Positions 26,301 to 39,036 of a stretch of DNA of 64,000 nt are shown one piece after another. Position 1 is the stretch's first letter; each line of letters opens with the position of its first letter. The translations under genes were made by a program, and so were the position numbers. Under the pieces are notes generated by a model, which ran no database searches, was not told the origin of the DNA, and saw only the letters and a list, made by a program, of their open reading frames with translations. The stretch spans positions 201,252,001-201,316,000 of the forward strand of contig OZ024743.1 in assembly GCA_964016885.1 (NCBI GenBank), written 5' to 3'. This stretch comes from Eledone cirrhosa (taxonomy: Eukaryota).

Positions 26301-29300
26301 GGTGCTGTTGTTGGTGGTGGTGCTGTTGTTGGTGGTGGTGCTGTTGTTGTTGGTGGTGCTGTTGTTGTTGGTGGTGCTGTTGTTGGTGGTGGTGCTGTTG
26401 TTGGTGGTGGTGCTGTAGTTGTTGGTGGTGCTGTTGTTGGTGGTGGAGCTGTTGTTGGTGGTGCTGTGGTTGGTGGTGGTGCTGTTGTTGTTGGTGGGGC
26501 TGTTGTTGTTGGTGGGGCTGTTGTTGGTGGTGGTGCTGTTGTTGGTGGTGCTGTTGTTGGTGGTGCTGTTGTTGTTGGTGGGGCTGTTGTTGTTGGTGGT
26601 GCTGTTGTTGTTGGTGGTGCTGTTGTTGTTGGTGGTGCTGTTGTTGGTGGGGCTGTTGTTGTTGGTGGTGCTGTTGTTGGTGGTGCTGTTGTTGGTGGTG
26701 GTGCTGTTGTTGGTGGGGCTGTTGTTGTTGGTGGTGCTGTTGTTGGTGGTGCTGTTGTTGTTGGTGGGGCTGTTGTTGGTGGTGGTGTTGTTGTTGGTGG
26801 TGGGGCTGTTGTTGGTGGTGCTGTTGTTGTTGGTGGGGCTGTTGTTGGTGGTGCTGTTGTTGTTGGTGGTGCTGTTGTTGGTGGTGGTGCTGTTGTTGTT
26901 GGTGGTGCTGTTGTTGTTGGTGGTGCTGTTGTTGGTGGTGCTGTTGTTGGTGGTGGTGCTGTTGTTGGTGGTGGGGCTGTTGTTGGTGGTGCTGTTGTTG
27001 TTGGTGGTGCTGTTGTTGTTGGTGGGGCTGTTGTTGTTGGTGGTGCTGTTGTTGTTGGTGGTGCTGTTGTTGTTGGTGGTGCTGTTGTTGTTGGTGGTGC
27101 TGTTGTTGTTGTTGGTGCTGTTGTTGTTGGTGGTGCTGTTGTTGTTGGTGGTGGTGCTGTTGTTGGTGGTGGTGCTGTTGTTGGTAGTGGTGCTGTTGTT
27201 GTTGGTGGTGCTGTTGTTGGTGGTGGTGGTGTTGTTGGTGGTGATGCTGTTGGTGGTGGTGCTGTTGTTGGTGGTGGTGCTGTTGTTGTTGGTGGTGCTG
27301 TTGTTGTTGGTGGTGCTGTTGTGGGTGGTGGTGCTGTTGTTGGTGGTGGTGCTGTTGTTGTTGGTGGTGCTGTTGTTGGTGGTGGTGGTGTTGTTGGTGG
27401 TGCTGTTGTTGGTGGTGGTGCTGTTGTTGGTGGTGGTGTTGTTCTTGTTGGTGGTGCTGTTGTTGGTGGTGGTGCTGTTGTTGGTGGTGGTGGTGTTGTT
27501 GTTGGTGGTGCTGTTGTTGTTGGTGGTGCTGTTGTTGGTGGTGCTGTTGTTGTTGGTGGTGCTGTTGTTGGTGGTGGTGGTGGTGTTGTTGGTGGTGGTG
27601 CTGTTGTTGGTGGTGGAGCTGTTGTTGGTGGTGGTGCTGTTGTTGGTGGTGGTGGTGCTGTTGTTGGTGGTGCTGTTGTTGGTGGTGCTGCTGTGGTTGG
27701 TGGTGCTGTTGTTGTTGTTGGTGGTGCTGTTGTTGGTGGTACTGCTGTGGTTGGTGGTGCTGTTGTTGTTGGTGGTGGTGCTGTTGTTGTTGGTGGTGCT
27801 GTTGTTGTTGGTGGTGGTGCTGTTGTTGTTGGTGGTGCTGTTGTGTTGGTGGTGCTGTTGTTGTTGGTGGTGCTGTTGTTGTTGGTGGTGCTGTTGTGGG
27901 TGGTGGTGCTGTTGTTGGTGGTGCTGTTGTTGGTGGTGGTGGTGTTGTTGGTGGTGCTGTTGTTGGTGGTGGTGCTGTTGTTGGTGGTGCTGTTGTTGGT
28001 GGTGGTGCTGTTGTTGGTGGTGGTGATGTTGTTGTTGGTGGTGCTGTTGTTAGTGGTGGTGCTGTTGTTGGTGGTGGTGCTGTTGTTGGTGGTGCTGTTG
28101 TTGGTGGTGGTGCTGTTGTTGGTGGTGGTGCTGTTGTTGTTGGTGGTGCTGTTGTTGGTGGTGGTGCTGTTGTTGGTGGTGGTGCTGTTGTTGTTGGTGG
28201 TGCTGTTGTTGTTGGTGGTGCTGTTGTTGTGGGTGGTGGTGCTGTTGTTGGTGGTGGTGCTGTTGTTGGTAATGGTGCTGTTGTTGTTGGTGGTGCTGTT
28301 GTTGGTGGTGGTGCTGTTGTTGGTGGTGGTGCTGTTGTTGGTGGTGCTGTTGTTGGTGGTGGTGCTGTTGTTGGTGGTGGTGCTGTTGTTGTTGGTGGTG
28401 CTGTTGTTGGTGGTGGTGCTGTTGTTGGTGGTGGTGCTGTTGTTGTTGGTGGTGCTGTTGTTGTTGGTGGTGCTGTTGTTGTTGGTGGTGCTGTTGTTGT
28501 GGGTGGTGGTGCTGTTGTTGGTAATGGTGCTGTTGTTGTTGGTGGTGCTGTTGTTGGTGGTGCTGTTGTTGGTGGTGCTGTTGTTGGTGGTGGTGCTGTT
28601 GTTGGCGGTGCTGTTGTTGGTGGTGGTGGTGTTGGTGGTGGTGCTGTTGTTGGTGGTGGTGCTGTTGTTGGTGGTGCTGTTGTTGGTGGTGGTGCTGTTG
28701 TTGTTGGTGGTGCTGTTGTTGGTGGTGGTGCTGTTGTTGGTGGTGGTGCTGTTGTTGTTGGTGGTGCTGTTGTTGGTGGTGGAGCTGTTGTTGGTGGTGC
28801 TGTGGTTGGTGGTGGTGCTGTTGTTGTTGGTGGGGCTGTTGTTGTTGGTGGGGCTGTTGTTGGTGGTGGTGCTGTTGTTGGTGGTGGTGCTGTTGTTGGT
28901 GGTGCTGTTGTTGGTGGTGGTGCTGTTGTTGGTGGTGGTGCTGTTGTTGGTGGTGGTGGTGCTGTTGTTGGTGGTGGTGTTGTTGTTGTTGGCGGTGCTG
29001 TTGTTGGTGGTGGTGCTGTTGTTGGTGGTGGTGCTGTTGTTGGTGGTGCTGTTGTTGGTGGTGGTGCTGTTGTTGGTGGTGGTGCTGTTGTTGGTGGTGC
29101 TGTTGTTGTTGGTGGTGCTGTTGTTGTTGGTGGTGCTGTTGTTGGTGGTGGTGCTGTTGTTGGTGGGGGGGCTGTTGTTGGTGGTGGTGCTGTTGTTGTT
29201 GGTGTTGCTGTTGTTGTTGGTGGGGCTGTTGTTGGTGGTGGGGCTGTTGTTGGTGGTGGTGCTGTTGTTGGTGGTGGTGCTGTTGTTGTTGGTGGTGCTG

Positions 29301-32300
29301 TTGTTGTTGGTGGTGCTGTTGTTGTGGGTGGTGGTGCTGTTGTTGGTGGTGGTGCTGTTGTTGGTAATGGTGCTGTTGTTGTTGGTGGTGCTGTTGTTGG
29401 TGGTGCTGTTGTTGGTGGTGCTGTTGTTGGTGGTGGTGCTGTTGTTGGCGGTGCTGTTGTTGGTGGTGGTGGTGTTGGTGGTGGTGCTGTTGTTGGTGGT
29501 GGTGCTGTTGTTGGTGGTGGTGCTGTTGTTGGTGGTGGTGCTGTTGTTGTTGGTGGTGCTGTTGTTGTTGGTGGTGCTGTTGTTGGTGGTGGTGCTGTTG
29601 TTGGTGGTGGTGCTGTAGTTGTTGGTGGTGCTGTTGTTGGTGGTGGAGCTGTTGTTGGTGGTGCTGTGGTTGGTGGTGGTGCTGTTGTTGTTGGTGGGGC
29701 TGTTGTTGTTGGTGGGGCTGTTGTTGGTGGTGGTGCTGTTGTTGGTGGTGCTGTTGTTGGTGGTGCTGTTGTTGTTGGTGGGGCTGTTGTTGTTGGTGGT
29801 GCTGTTGTTGTTGGTGGTGCTGTTGTTGTTGGTGGTGCTGTTGTTGGTGGGGCTGTTGTTGTTGGTGGTGCTGTTGTTGGTGGTGCTGTTGTTGGTGGTG
29901 GTGCTGTTGTTGGTGGGGCTGTTGTTGTTGGTGGTGCTGTTGTTGGTGGTGCTGTTGTTGTTGGTGGGGCTGTTGTTGGTGGTGGTGTTGTTGTTGGTGG
30001 TGGGGCTGTTGTTGGTGGTGCTGTTGTTGTTGGTGGGGCTGTTGTTGGTGGTGCTGTTGTTGTTGGTGGTGCTGTTGTTGGTGGTGGTGCTGTTGTTGTT
30101 GGTGGTGCTGTTGTTGTTGGTGGTGCTGTTGTTGGTGGTGCTGTTGTTGGTGGTGGTGCTGTTGTTGGTGGTGGGGCTGTTGTTGGTGGTGCTGTTGTTG
30201 TTGGTGGTGCTGTTGTTGTTGGTGGGGCTGTTGTTGTTGGTGGTGCTGTTGTTGTTGGTGGTGCTGTTGTTGTTGGTGGTGCTGTTGTTGTTGGTGGTGC
30301 TGTTGTTGTTGTTGGTGCTGTTGTTGTTGCTGGTGCTGTTGTTGTTGGTGGTGGTGCTGTTGTTGGTGGTGGTGCTGTTGTTGGTAGTGGTGCTGTTGTT
30401 GTTGGTGGTGCTGTTGTTGGTGGTGGTGGTGTTGTTGGTGGTGATGCTGTTGGTGGTGGTGCTGTTGTTGGTGGTGGTGCTGTTGTTGTTGGTGGTGCTG
30501 TTGTTGTTGGTGGTGCTGTTGTGGGTGGTGGTGCTGTTGTTGGTGGTGGTGCTGTTGTTGTTGGTGGTGCTGTTGTTGGTGGTGGTGGTGTTGTTGGTGG
30601 TGCTGTTGTTGGTGGTGGTGCTGTTGTTGGTGGTGGTGTTGTTCTTGTTGGTGGTGCTGTTGTTGGTGGTGGTGCTGTTGTTGGTGGTGGTGGTGTTGTT
30701 GTTGGTGGTGCTGTTGTTGTTGGTGGTGCTGTTGTTGGTGGTGCTGTTGTTGTTGGTGGTGCTGTTGTTGGTGGTGGTGGTGGTGTTGTTGGTGGTGGTG
30801 CTGTTGTTGGTGGTGGAGCTGTTGTTGGTGGTGGTGCTGTTGTTGGTGGTGGTGGTGCTGTTGTTGGTGGTGCTGTTGTTGGTGGTGCTGCTGTGGTTGG
30901 TGGTGCTGTTGTTGTTGTTGGTGGTGCTGTTGTTGGTGGTACTGCTGTGGTTGGTGGTGCTGTTGTTGTTGGTGGTGGTGCTGTTGTTGTTGGTGGTGCT
31001 GTTGTTGTTGGTGGTGGTGCTGTTGTTGTTGGTGGTGCTGTTGTGTTGGTGGTACTGTTGTTGTTGGTGGTGCTGTTGTTGTTGGTGGTGCTGTTGTGGG
31101 TGGTGGTGCTGTTGTTGGTGGTGCTGTTGTTGGTGGTGGTGGTGTTGTTGGTGGTGCTGTTGTTGGTGGTGGTGCTGTTGTTGGTGGTGCTGTTGTTGGT
31201 GGTGGTGCTGTTGTTGGTGGTGGTGATGTTGTTGTTGGTGGTGCTGTTGTTAGTGGTGGTGCTGTTGTTGGTGGTGGTGCTGTTGTTGGTGGTGCTGTTG
31301 TTGGTGGTGGTGCTGTTGTTGGTGGTGGTGCTGTTGTTGTTGGTGGTGCTGTTGTTGGTGGTGGTGCTGTTGTTGGTGGTGGTGCTGTTGTTGTTGGTGG
31401 TGCTGTTGTTGTTGGTGGTGCTGTTGTTGTGGGTGGTGGTGCTGTTGTTGGTGGTGGTGCTGTTGTTGGTAATGGTGCTGTTGTTGTTGGTGGTGCTGTT
31501 GTTGGTGGTGGTGCTGTTGTTGGTGGTGGTGCTGTTGTTGGTGGTGGTGCTGTTGTTGTTGGTGGTGCTGTTGTTGGTGGTGCTGTTGTTGGTGGTGGTG
31601 CTGTTGTTGGCGGTGCTGTTGTTGGTGGTGGTGGTGTTGGTGGTGGTGCTGTTGTTGGTGGTGGTGCTGTTGTTGGTGGTGCTGTTGTTGGTGGTGGTGC
31701 TGTTGTTGTTGGTGGTGCTGTTGTTGGTGGTGGTGCTGTTGTTGGTGGTGGTGCTGTTGTTGTTGGTGGTGCTGTTGTTGGTGGTGGAGCTGTTGTTGGT
31801 GGTGCTGTGGTTGGTGGTGGTGCTGTTGTTGTTGGTGGGGCTGTTGTTGTTGGTGGGGCTGTTGTTGGTGGTGGTGCTGTTGTTGGTGGTGGTGCTGTTG
31901 TTGGTGGTGCTGTTGTTGGTGGTGGTGCTGTTGTTGGTGGTGGTGCTGTTGTTGGTGGTGGTGCTGTTGTTGTTGGTGGTGCTGTTGTTGTTGGTGGTGC
32001 TGTTGTTGGTGGTGGTGCTGTTGTTGGTGGTGGTGCTGTTGTTGGTGGTGCTGTTGTTGGTGGTGGTGCTGTTGTTGGTGGTGGTGCTGTTGTTGTTGGT
32101 GGTGCTGTTGTTGGTGGTGGTGCTGTTGTTGGTGGTGGTGCTGTTGTTGTTGGTGGTGCTGTTGTTGTTGGTGGTGCTGTTGTTGTGGGTGGTGGTGCTG
32201 TTGTTGGTGGTGGTGCTGTTGTTGGTAATGGTGCTGTTGTTGTTGGTGGTGCTGTTGTTGGTGGTGCTGTTGTTGGTGGTGCTGTTGTTGGTGGTGGTGC

Positions 32301-35300
32301 TGTTGTTGGCGGTGCTGTTGTTGGTGGTGGTGGTGTTGGTGGTGGTGCTGTTGTTGGTGGTGGTGCTGTTGTTGGTGGTGGTGCTGTTGTTGGTGGTGGT
32401 GCTGTTGTTGTTGGTGGGGCTGTTGTTGTTGTTGGTGGGGCTGTTGTTGGTGGTGGTGCTGTTGTTGGTGGTGGTGCTGTTGTTGGTGGTGCTGTTGTTG
32501 TTGTTGGTGGGGCTGTTGTTGGTGGTGGTGCTGTTGTTGGTAATGGTGCTGTTGTTGTTGGTGGTGCTGTTGTTGGTGGTGCTGTTGTTGGTGGTGCTGT
32601 TGTTGGTGGTGGTGCTGTTGTTGGCGGTGCTGTTGTTGGTGGTGCTGTTGTTGTTGGTGGTGCTGTTGTTGGTGGTGCTGTTGTTGGTGGTGCTGTTGTT
32701 GTTGGTGGGGCTGTTGTTGTTGGTGGTGCTGTTGTTGTTGGTGGTGCTGTTGTTGGTGGTGCTGTTGTTGTTGGTGGTGCTGTTGTTGGTGGTGGTGCTG
32801 TTGTTGGTGGTGGGGCTGTTGTTGGTGGTGCTGTTGTTGTTGGTGGGGCTGTTGTTGTTGGTGGGGCTGTTGTTGGTGGTGCTGTTGTTGTTGGTGGTGG
32901 TGCTGTTGTTGGTGGTGGTGCTGTTGTTGTTGGTGGTGGGGCTGTTGTTGGTGGTGCTGTTGTTGTTGGTGGTGGTGCTGTTGTTGGTGGGGCTGTTGTT
33001 GGTGGGGCTGTTGTTGTTGGTGGTGCTGTTGTTGGTGGTGCTGTTGTTGGTGGTGGTGCTGTTGTTGTTGGTGGTGCTGTTGTTGGTGGGGCTGTTGTTG
33101 TTGGTGGTGCTGTTGTTGTTGGTGGTGGGGCTGTTGTTGGTGGTGCTGTTGTTGGTGGGGCTGTTGTTGTTGGTGGTGCTGTTGTTGGTGGTGCTGTTGT
33201 TGGTGGTGGTGCTGTTGTTGGTGGGGCTGTTGTTGTTGGTGGTGCTGTTGTTGGTGGTGCTGTTGTTGTTGGTGGGGCTGTTGTTGGTGGTGGTGTTGTT
33301 GTTGGTGGTGGGGCTGTTGTTGGTGGTGCTGTTGTTGTTGGTGGGGCTGTTGTTGGTGGTGCTGTTGTTGTTGGTGGTGCTGTTGTTGGTGGTGCTGTTG
33401 TTGTTGGTGGTGCTGTTGTTGTTGGTGGGGCTGTTGTTGTTGGTGGGGCTGTTGTTGGTGGTGCTGTTGTTGTTGGTGGTGGTGCTGTTGTTGTTGGTGT
33501 TGCTGTTGTTGTTGGTGGGGCTGTTGTTGTTGGTGGTGCTGTTGTTGGTGGTGGAGCTGTTGGTGGTGGTGGTGCTGTTGGTGGTGGTGCTGTTGTTGGT
33601 GGTGCTGTTGTTGGTGGTGGTGCTGTTGTTGTTGGTGGTGCTGTTGTTGGTGGTGGTGCTGTTGGTGGTGGTGCTGTTGTTGTTGGTGGTGCTGTTGTTG
33701 TTGGTGGTGCTGTTGTTGTTGGTGGTGCTGTTGTTGGTGGTGGTGCTGTTGTTGTTGGTGGTGCTGTTGTTGGTGGTGGTGCTGTTGGTGGTGGTGCTGT
33801 TGTTGGTGGTGCTGTTGTTGGTGGTGGTGCTGTTGTTGTTGGTGGTGCTGTTGTTGTTGGTGGTGCTGTTGTTGTTGGTGGTGCTGTTGTTGGTGGTGGT
33901 GCTGTTGGTGGTGGTGCTGTTGTTGGTGGTGCTGTTGTTGGTGGTGGTGCTGTTGTTGTTGGTGGTGCTGTTGTTGGTGGTGCTGTTGTTGTTGGTGGTG
34001 CTGTTGTTGTTGGTGGTGGTGCTGTTGTTGTTGGTGGTGCTGTTGTTGGTGGTGCTGTTGGTGGTGGTGGTGCTGTTGTTGTTGGTGGTGCTGTTGTTGT
34101 TGGTGGTGTTGTTGTTGGTGGTGCTGTTGGTGGTGGTGCTGTTGTTGGTGGTAGTACTGTTGTTGGTGGTGCTGTTGTTGGTGGTGGTGCTGTTGTTGTT
34201 GGTGGTGCTGTTGTTGGTGGTGGGGCTGTTGTTGGTGGTGGTGCTGTTGTTGTTGGTGGTGGTGTTGTTGGTGGTGGTGCTGTTGTTGGTGGTGGTGTTG
34301 TTGTTGGTGGTGGTGTTGTTGTTGGTGGTGGTGCTGTTGGTGGTGGTGCTGTTGTTGGTGGTGGTGCTGTTGTTGGTGGTGGGGCTGTTGTTGGTGGTGG
34401 TGCTGTTGTTGGTGGTGGTGTTGTTGTTGGTGGTGGTGCTGTTGGTGGTGGTGCTGTTGTTGGTGGTGGTGCTGTTGTTGGTGGTGCTGTTGTTGGTGGT
34501 GGTGCTGTTGTTGGTGGTGGTGCTGTTGTTGGTGGTGGTGCTGTTGTTGGTGGTGGTGCTGTTGTTGGTGGTGGAGCTGTTGTTGGTGGTGCTGTTGTTG
34601 TTGGTGGTGCTGTTGTTGTTGGTGGTGCTGTTGTTGTTGGTGGGGCTGTTGTTGGTGGTGGTGCTGTTGTTGGTAATGGTGCTGTTGTGTTGGTGGTGCT
34701 GTTGTTGGTAATGGTGCTGTTGTTGGTGGTGGTGCTGTTGTTGGTGGTGGTGCTGTTGTTGTTGGTGTTGCTGTTGTTGTTGGTGGGGCTGTTGTTGGTA
34801 ATGGTGCTGTTGTTGGTGGTGGTGCTGTTGTTGGTAATGGTGCTGTTGTTGGTGGTGGTGCTGTTGTTGGTGGTGGTGCTGTTGTTGTTGGTGTTGGTGT
34901 TGTTGTTGGTGGGGCTGTTGTTGTTGGTGGTGCTGTTGTTGGTGGTGGTGCTGTTGTTGGTGGTGGTGCTGTTGTTGTTGGTGTTGCTGTTGTTGTTGGT
35001 GGGGCTGTTGTTGTTGGTGGTGCTGTTGTTGGTGGTGGTGCTGTTGTTGTTGGTGGTGCTGTTGTTGGTGGTGGTGCTGTTGTTGGTGGTGGTGCTGTTG
35101 TTGGTGGTGGGGCTGTTGTTGGTGGTGGTGCTGTTGTTGGTGGTGGGGCTGTTGTTGGTGGTGGTGGTGTTGTTGTTGGTGGTGCTGTTGTTGGTGGTGG
35201 TGCCGTTGTTGGTGGTGGTGCTGTTGTTGGTGGTGGTGCTGTTGTTGGTGGTGGGGCTGTTGTTGGTGGTGGTGGTGTTGTTGTTGGTGGTGCTGTTGTT

Positions 35301-36900
35301 GGTGGTGGTGCTGTTGTTGGTGGTGGTGCTGTTGTTGTTGGTGTTGCTGTTGTTGTTGGTGGGGCTGTTGTTGTTGGTGGTGCTGTTGTTGTTGGTGGTG
35401 TTGTTGTTGGTGGTGCTGTTGGTGGTGTTGGTGCTGTTGTTGGTGGTGGGGCTGTTGTTGGTGGTGGTGCCGTTGTTGGTGGTGGTGCTGTTGTTGGTGG
35501 TGGTGCTGTTGTTGGTGGTGGTGCTGTTGTTGGTGGTGTTGCTGTTGTTGTTGGTGGTGCTGTTGTTGGTGGTGGTGCTGTTGTTGGTGGTGGTGCTGTT
35601 GTTGTTGGTGTTGCTGTTGTTGTTGGTGGGGCTGTTGTTGTTGGTGGTGCTGTTGTTGGTGGTGGTGCTGTTGTTGGTGGTGGTGCTGTTGTTGGTGGTG
35701 GGGCTGTTGTTGGTGGTGGTGCTGTTGTTGGTGGTGCTGTTGTTGGTGGTGGTGGTGCTGTTGTAGGTGGTGCTGTTGTTGTTGGTGGGGCTGTTGTTGT
35801 TGGTGGTGCTGTTGTTGGTGGTGGTGCTGTTGTTGGTGGTGGTGCTGTTGTAGGTGGTGCTGTTGTTGTTGGTGGGGCTGTTGTTGTTGGTGTTGCTGTT
35901 GTTGTTGGTGGGGCTGTTGTTGTTGGTGTTGCTGTTGTTGGTGGTGGTGCTGTTGTTGTTGGTGTTGCTGTTGTTGTTGGTGGGGCTGTTGTTGTTGGTG
36001 GTGCTGTTGTTGGTGGTGGTGCTGTTGTTGGTGGTGGTGCTGTTGTTGGTGGTGGGGCTGTTGTTGGTGGTGGTGGTGTTGTTGTTGGTGGTGCTGTTGT
36101 TGGTGGTGGTGCTGTTGTTGGTGGTGGTGCTGTTGTTGTTGGTGTTGCTGTTGTTGTTGGTGGGGCTGTTGTTGTTGGTGGTGCTGTTGTTGGTGGTGGT
36201 GCTGTTGTTGGTGGTGGTGCTGTTGTTGTTGGTGTTGCTGTTGTTGTTGGTGGTGCTGTTGTTGGTGGTGGTGCTGTTGTTGGTGGTGGTGCTGTTGTTG
36301 TTGGTGGTGCTGTTGTTGTTGGTGGGGCTGTTGTTGTTGTTGGTGTTGTTGTTGGTGGTGGAGCTGTGGTTGGTGGTGGTGCTGTGGTTGGTGGTGGTGC
36401 TGTTGTTGGTGGTGCTGTTGTTGTTGGTGGTGCTGTTGTTGTTGGTGGTGCTGTTGTTGTTGGTGGTGCTGTTGTTGTTGGTGGTGGTGTTGTTGTTGGT
36501 GGTGCTGTTGTTGTTGGTGGTGCTGTTGTTGTTGGTGGTGCTGTTGTTGGTGGTGGGGCTGTTTTTGGTGGTGCTGCTGTTGTTGATATTGGTGGTGCTG
36601 TTGTTGTTGGTGGTGGTGTTGTTGTTGGTGGTGCTGTTGTTGGTGGTGGTGCTGTTGTTGGTGGTGGTGCTGTTGTTGTTGGTGTTGCTGTTGTTGTTGG
36701 TGGGGCTGTTGTTGTTGTTGGTGTTGTTGTTGGTGGTGGTGCTGTTGTGGTGGGGCTGTTGTTGTTGGTGGGGCTGTTGTTGTTGGTGGGGCTGTTGTTG
36801 TTGGTGGTGCTGTTGTTGGTGGTGGTGCTGTTGTTGGTGGTGGTGTTGTTGTTGGTGGTGTTGTTGTTGTTGGTGGTGGTGGTGCTGTTGCTGTTGGTGG

Positions 36901-36931
<31 letters not shown>

Positions 36932-38685
36932 GCTGTTGTTGTTGGTGGTACTGTTGTTGTTGGTGGTACTGTTGTTGTTGGTGGTGCTGTTGTTGTTGGT
37001 GGTGCTGTTGTTGTTGGTGGTGCTGTTGTTGGTGGTGGTGTTGTTGTTGGTGGTACTGTTGTTGTTGGTGGTGCTGTTGTTGTTGGTGGTGCTGTTGTTG
37101 GTGGTGGTGTTGTTGTTGGTGGTGGTGTTGTTGTTGGTGGTGCTGTGGTTGGTGGTGGTGCTGTTGTTGTTGGTGGTGCTGTTGTTGGTGGTGGTGCTGT
37201 TGTTGGTGGTGGTGCTGTTGTTAGTGGTGGTGTTGTTGTTGGTGGTGCTGTTGTTGTTGGTGGTGCTGTTGTTGTTGGTGGTGCTGTGGTTGGTGGTGGT
37301 GCTGTTGTTGTTGGTGGAGCTGTTGTTGTTGGTGGTGGTGTTGTTGTTGGTGGTGGTGTTGTTGTTGGGGGTGCTGTTGTTGGTGGTGGTGCTGTTGTTG
37401 TTGGTGGTGCTGTTGTTGGTGGTGGTGTTGTTGTTGGTGGTGCTGTTGTTGGTGGTGGTGTTGTTGTTGGGGGTGCTGTTGTTGGTGGTGGTGCTGTTGT
37501 TGTTGGTGGTGCTGTTGTTGGTGGTGGTGTTGTTGTTGGTGGTGTTGTTGTTGGTGTTGCTGTTGTTGGTGGTGGTGCTGTTGTTGGTGGTGGTGCTGTT
37601 GTTGTTGGTGCTGTTGTTGTTGGTGGTGCTGTTGTTGGTGGTGCTGTTGTTGGTGGTGGTGCTGTTGTTGGTGGTGCTGTGGTTGGTGGTGGTGCTGTTG
37701 TTGTTGGTGGTGCTGTTGTTGTTGGTGGTGCTGTTGTTGTTGGTGGTGCAGTTGTTGGTGGTGGTGCTGTTGTTGGTGGTGGTGCTATTGTTGGTGGTGC
37801 TGTTGTTGGTGGTGGTGCTGTTGTTGGTGGTGGTGTTGTTGGTGGTGCTGTTGTTGGTGGTGGTGGTGTTGTTGTTGGTGGTGCTGTTGTTGGTGGTGCT
37901 GTTGTTGGTGGTGGTGCTGTTGTTGGTGGTGGTGGTGTTGTTGGTGGTGGTGCTGTTGTTGGTGGTGGTGCTGTTGTTGGTGGTGCTGTTGTTGGTGGTG
38001 GTGCTGTTGTTGGTGGTGGTGTTGTTGGTGGTGGTGCTGTTGTTGGTGGTGGTGCTGTTGTTGGTGGTGCTGTTGTTGGTGGTGGTGGTGTTGTTGTTGG
38101 TGGTGCTGTTGTTGGTGGTGCTGTTGTTGGTGGTGGTGCCGTTGTTGGTGGTGGTGGTGTTGTTGTTGGTGGTGCTGTTGTTGGTGGTGCTGTTGTTGGT
38201 GGTGGTGCTGTTGTTGGTGGTGGTGCTGTTGTTGTTGGTGGTGGTGCTGTTGTTGTTGGTGGTGCTGTTGTTGGTGGTGCTGTTGTTGGTGGTGGTGCTG
38301 TTGTTGGTGGTGGTGCTGTTGTTGTTGTTGGTGGTGCTGTTGTTGGTGGTGGTGCTGTTGTTGTTGGTGGTGCTGTTGTTGTTGTTGGTGGTGCTGTTGT
38401 TGGTGGTGCTGTTGTTGGTGGTGGTGCTGTTGTTGGTGGTGGTGCTGTTGTTGTTGTTGTTGGTGCTGTTGTTGGTGGTGGTGCTGTTGTTGTTGGTGGT
38501 GCTGTTGTTGTTGTTGGTGGTGCTGTTGTTGGTGGTGCTGTTGTTGGTGGTGGTGCTGTTGTTGGTGGTGGTGCTGTTGTTGTTGTTGGTGGTGCTGTTG
38601 TTGGTGGTGGTGCTGTTGTTGTTGGTGGTGCTGTTGTTGGTGGTGGTGTTGTTGTTGGTGGTGGTGGTGCTGTTGCTGTTGGTGG

Positions 38686-38716
<31 letters not shown>

Positions 38717-39005
38717 GCTGTTGTTGTGGTGGTGCTGTTGTTGTTGGTGGTGCTGTTGTTGTTGGTGGTGCTGTTGTTGTTGGTGGTGCTGTTGTTGGTG
38801 GTGGTGTTGTTGTTGGTGGTGGTGTTGTTGTTGGTGGTGCTGTGGTTGGTGGTGGTGCTGTTGTTGGTGGTGGTGCTGTTGTTGGTGGTGGTGCTGTTGT
38901 TGTTGTTGGTGGTGCTGTTGTTGGTGGTGGTGCTGTTGTTGTTGGTGGTGCTGTTGTTGGTGGTGTTGTTGTTGTTGGTGGTGGTGGTGCTGTTGCTGTT
39001 GGTGG

Positions 39006-39036
<31 letters not shown>
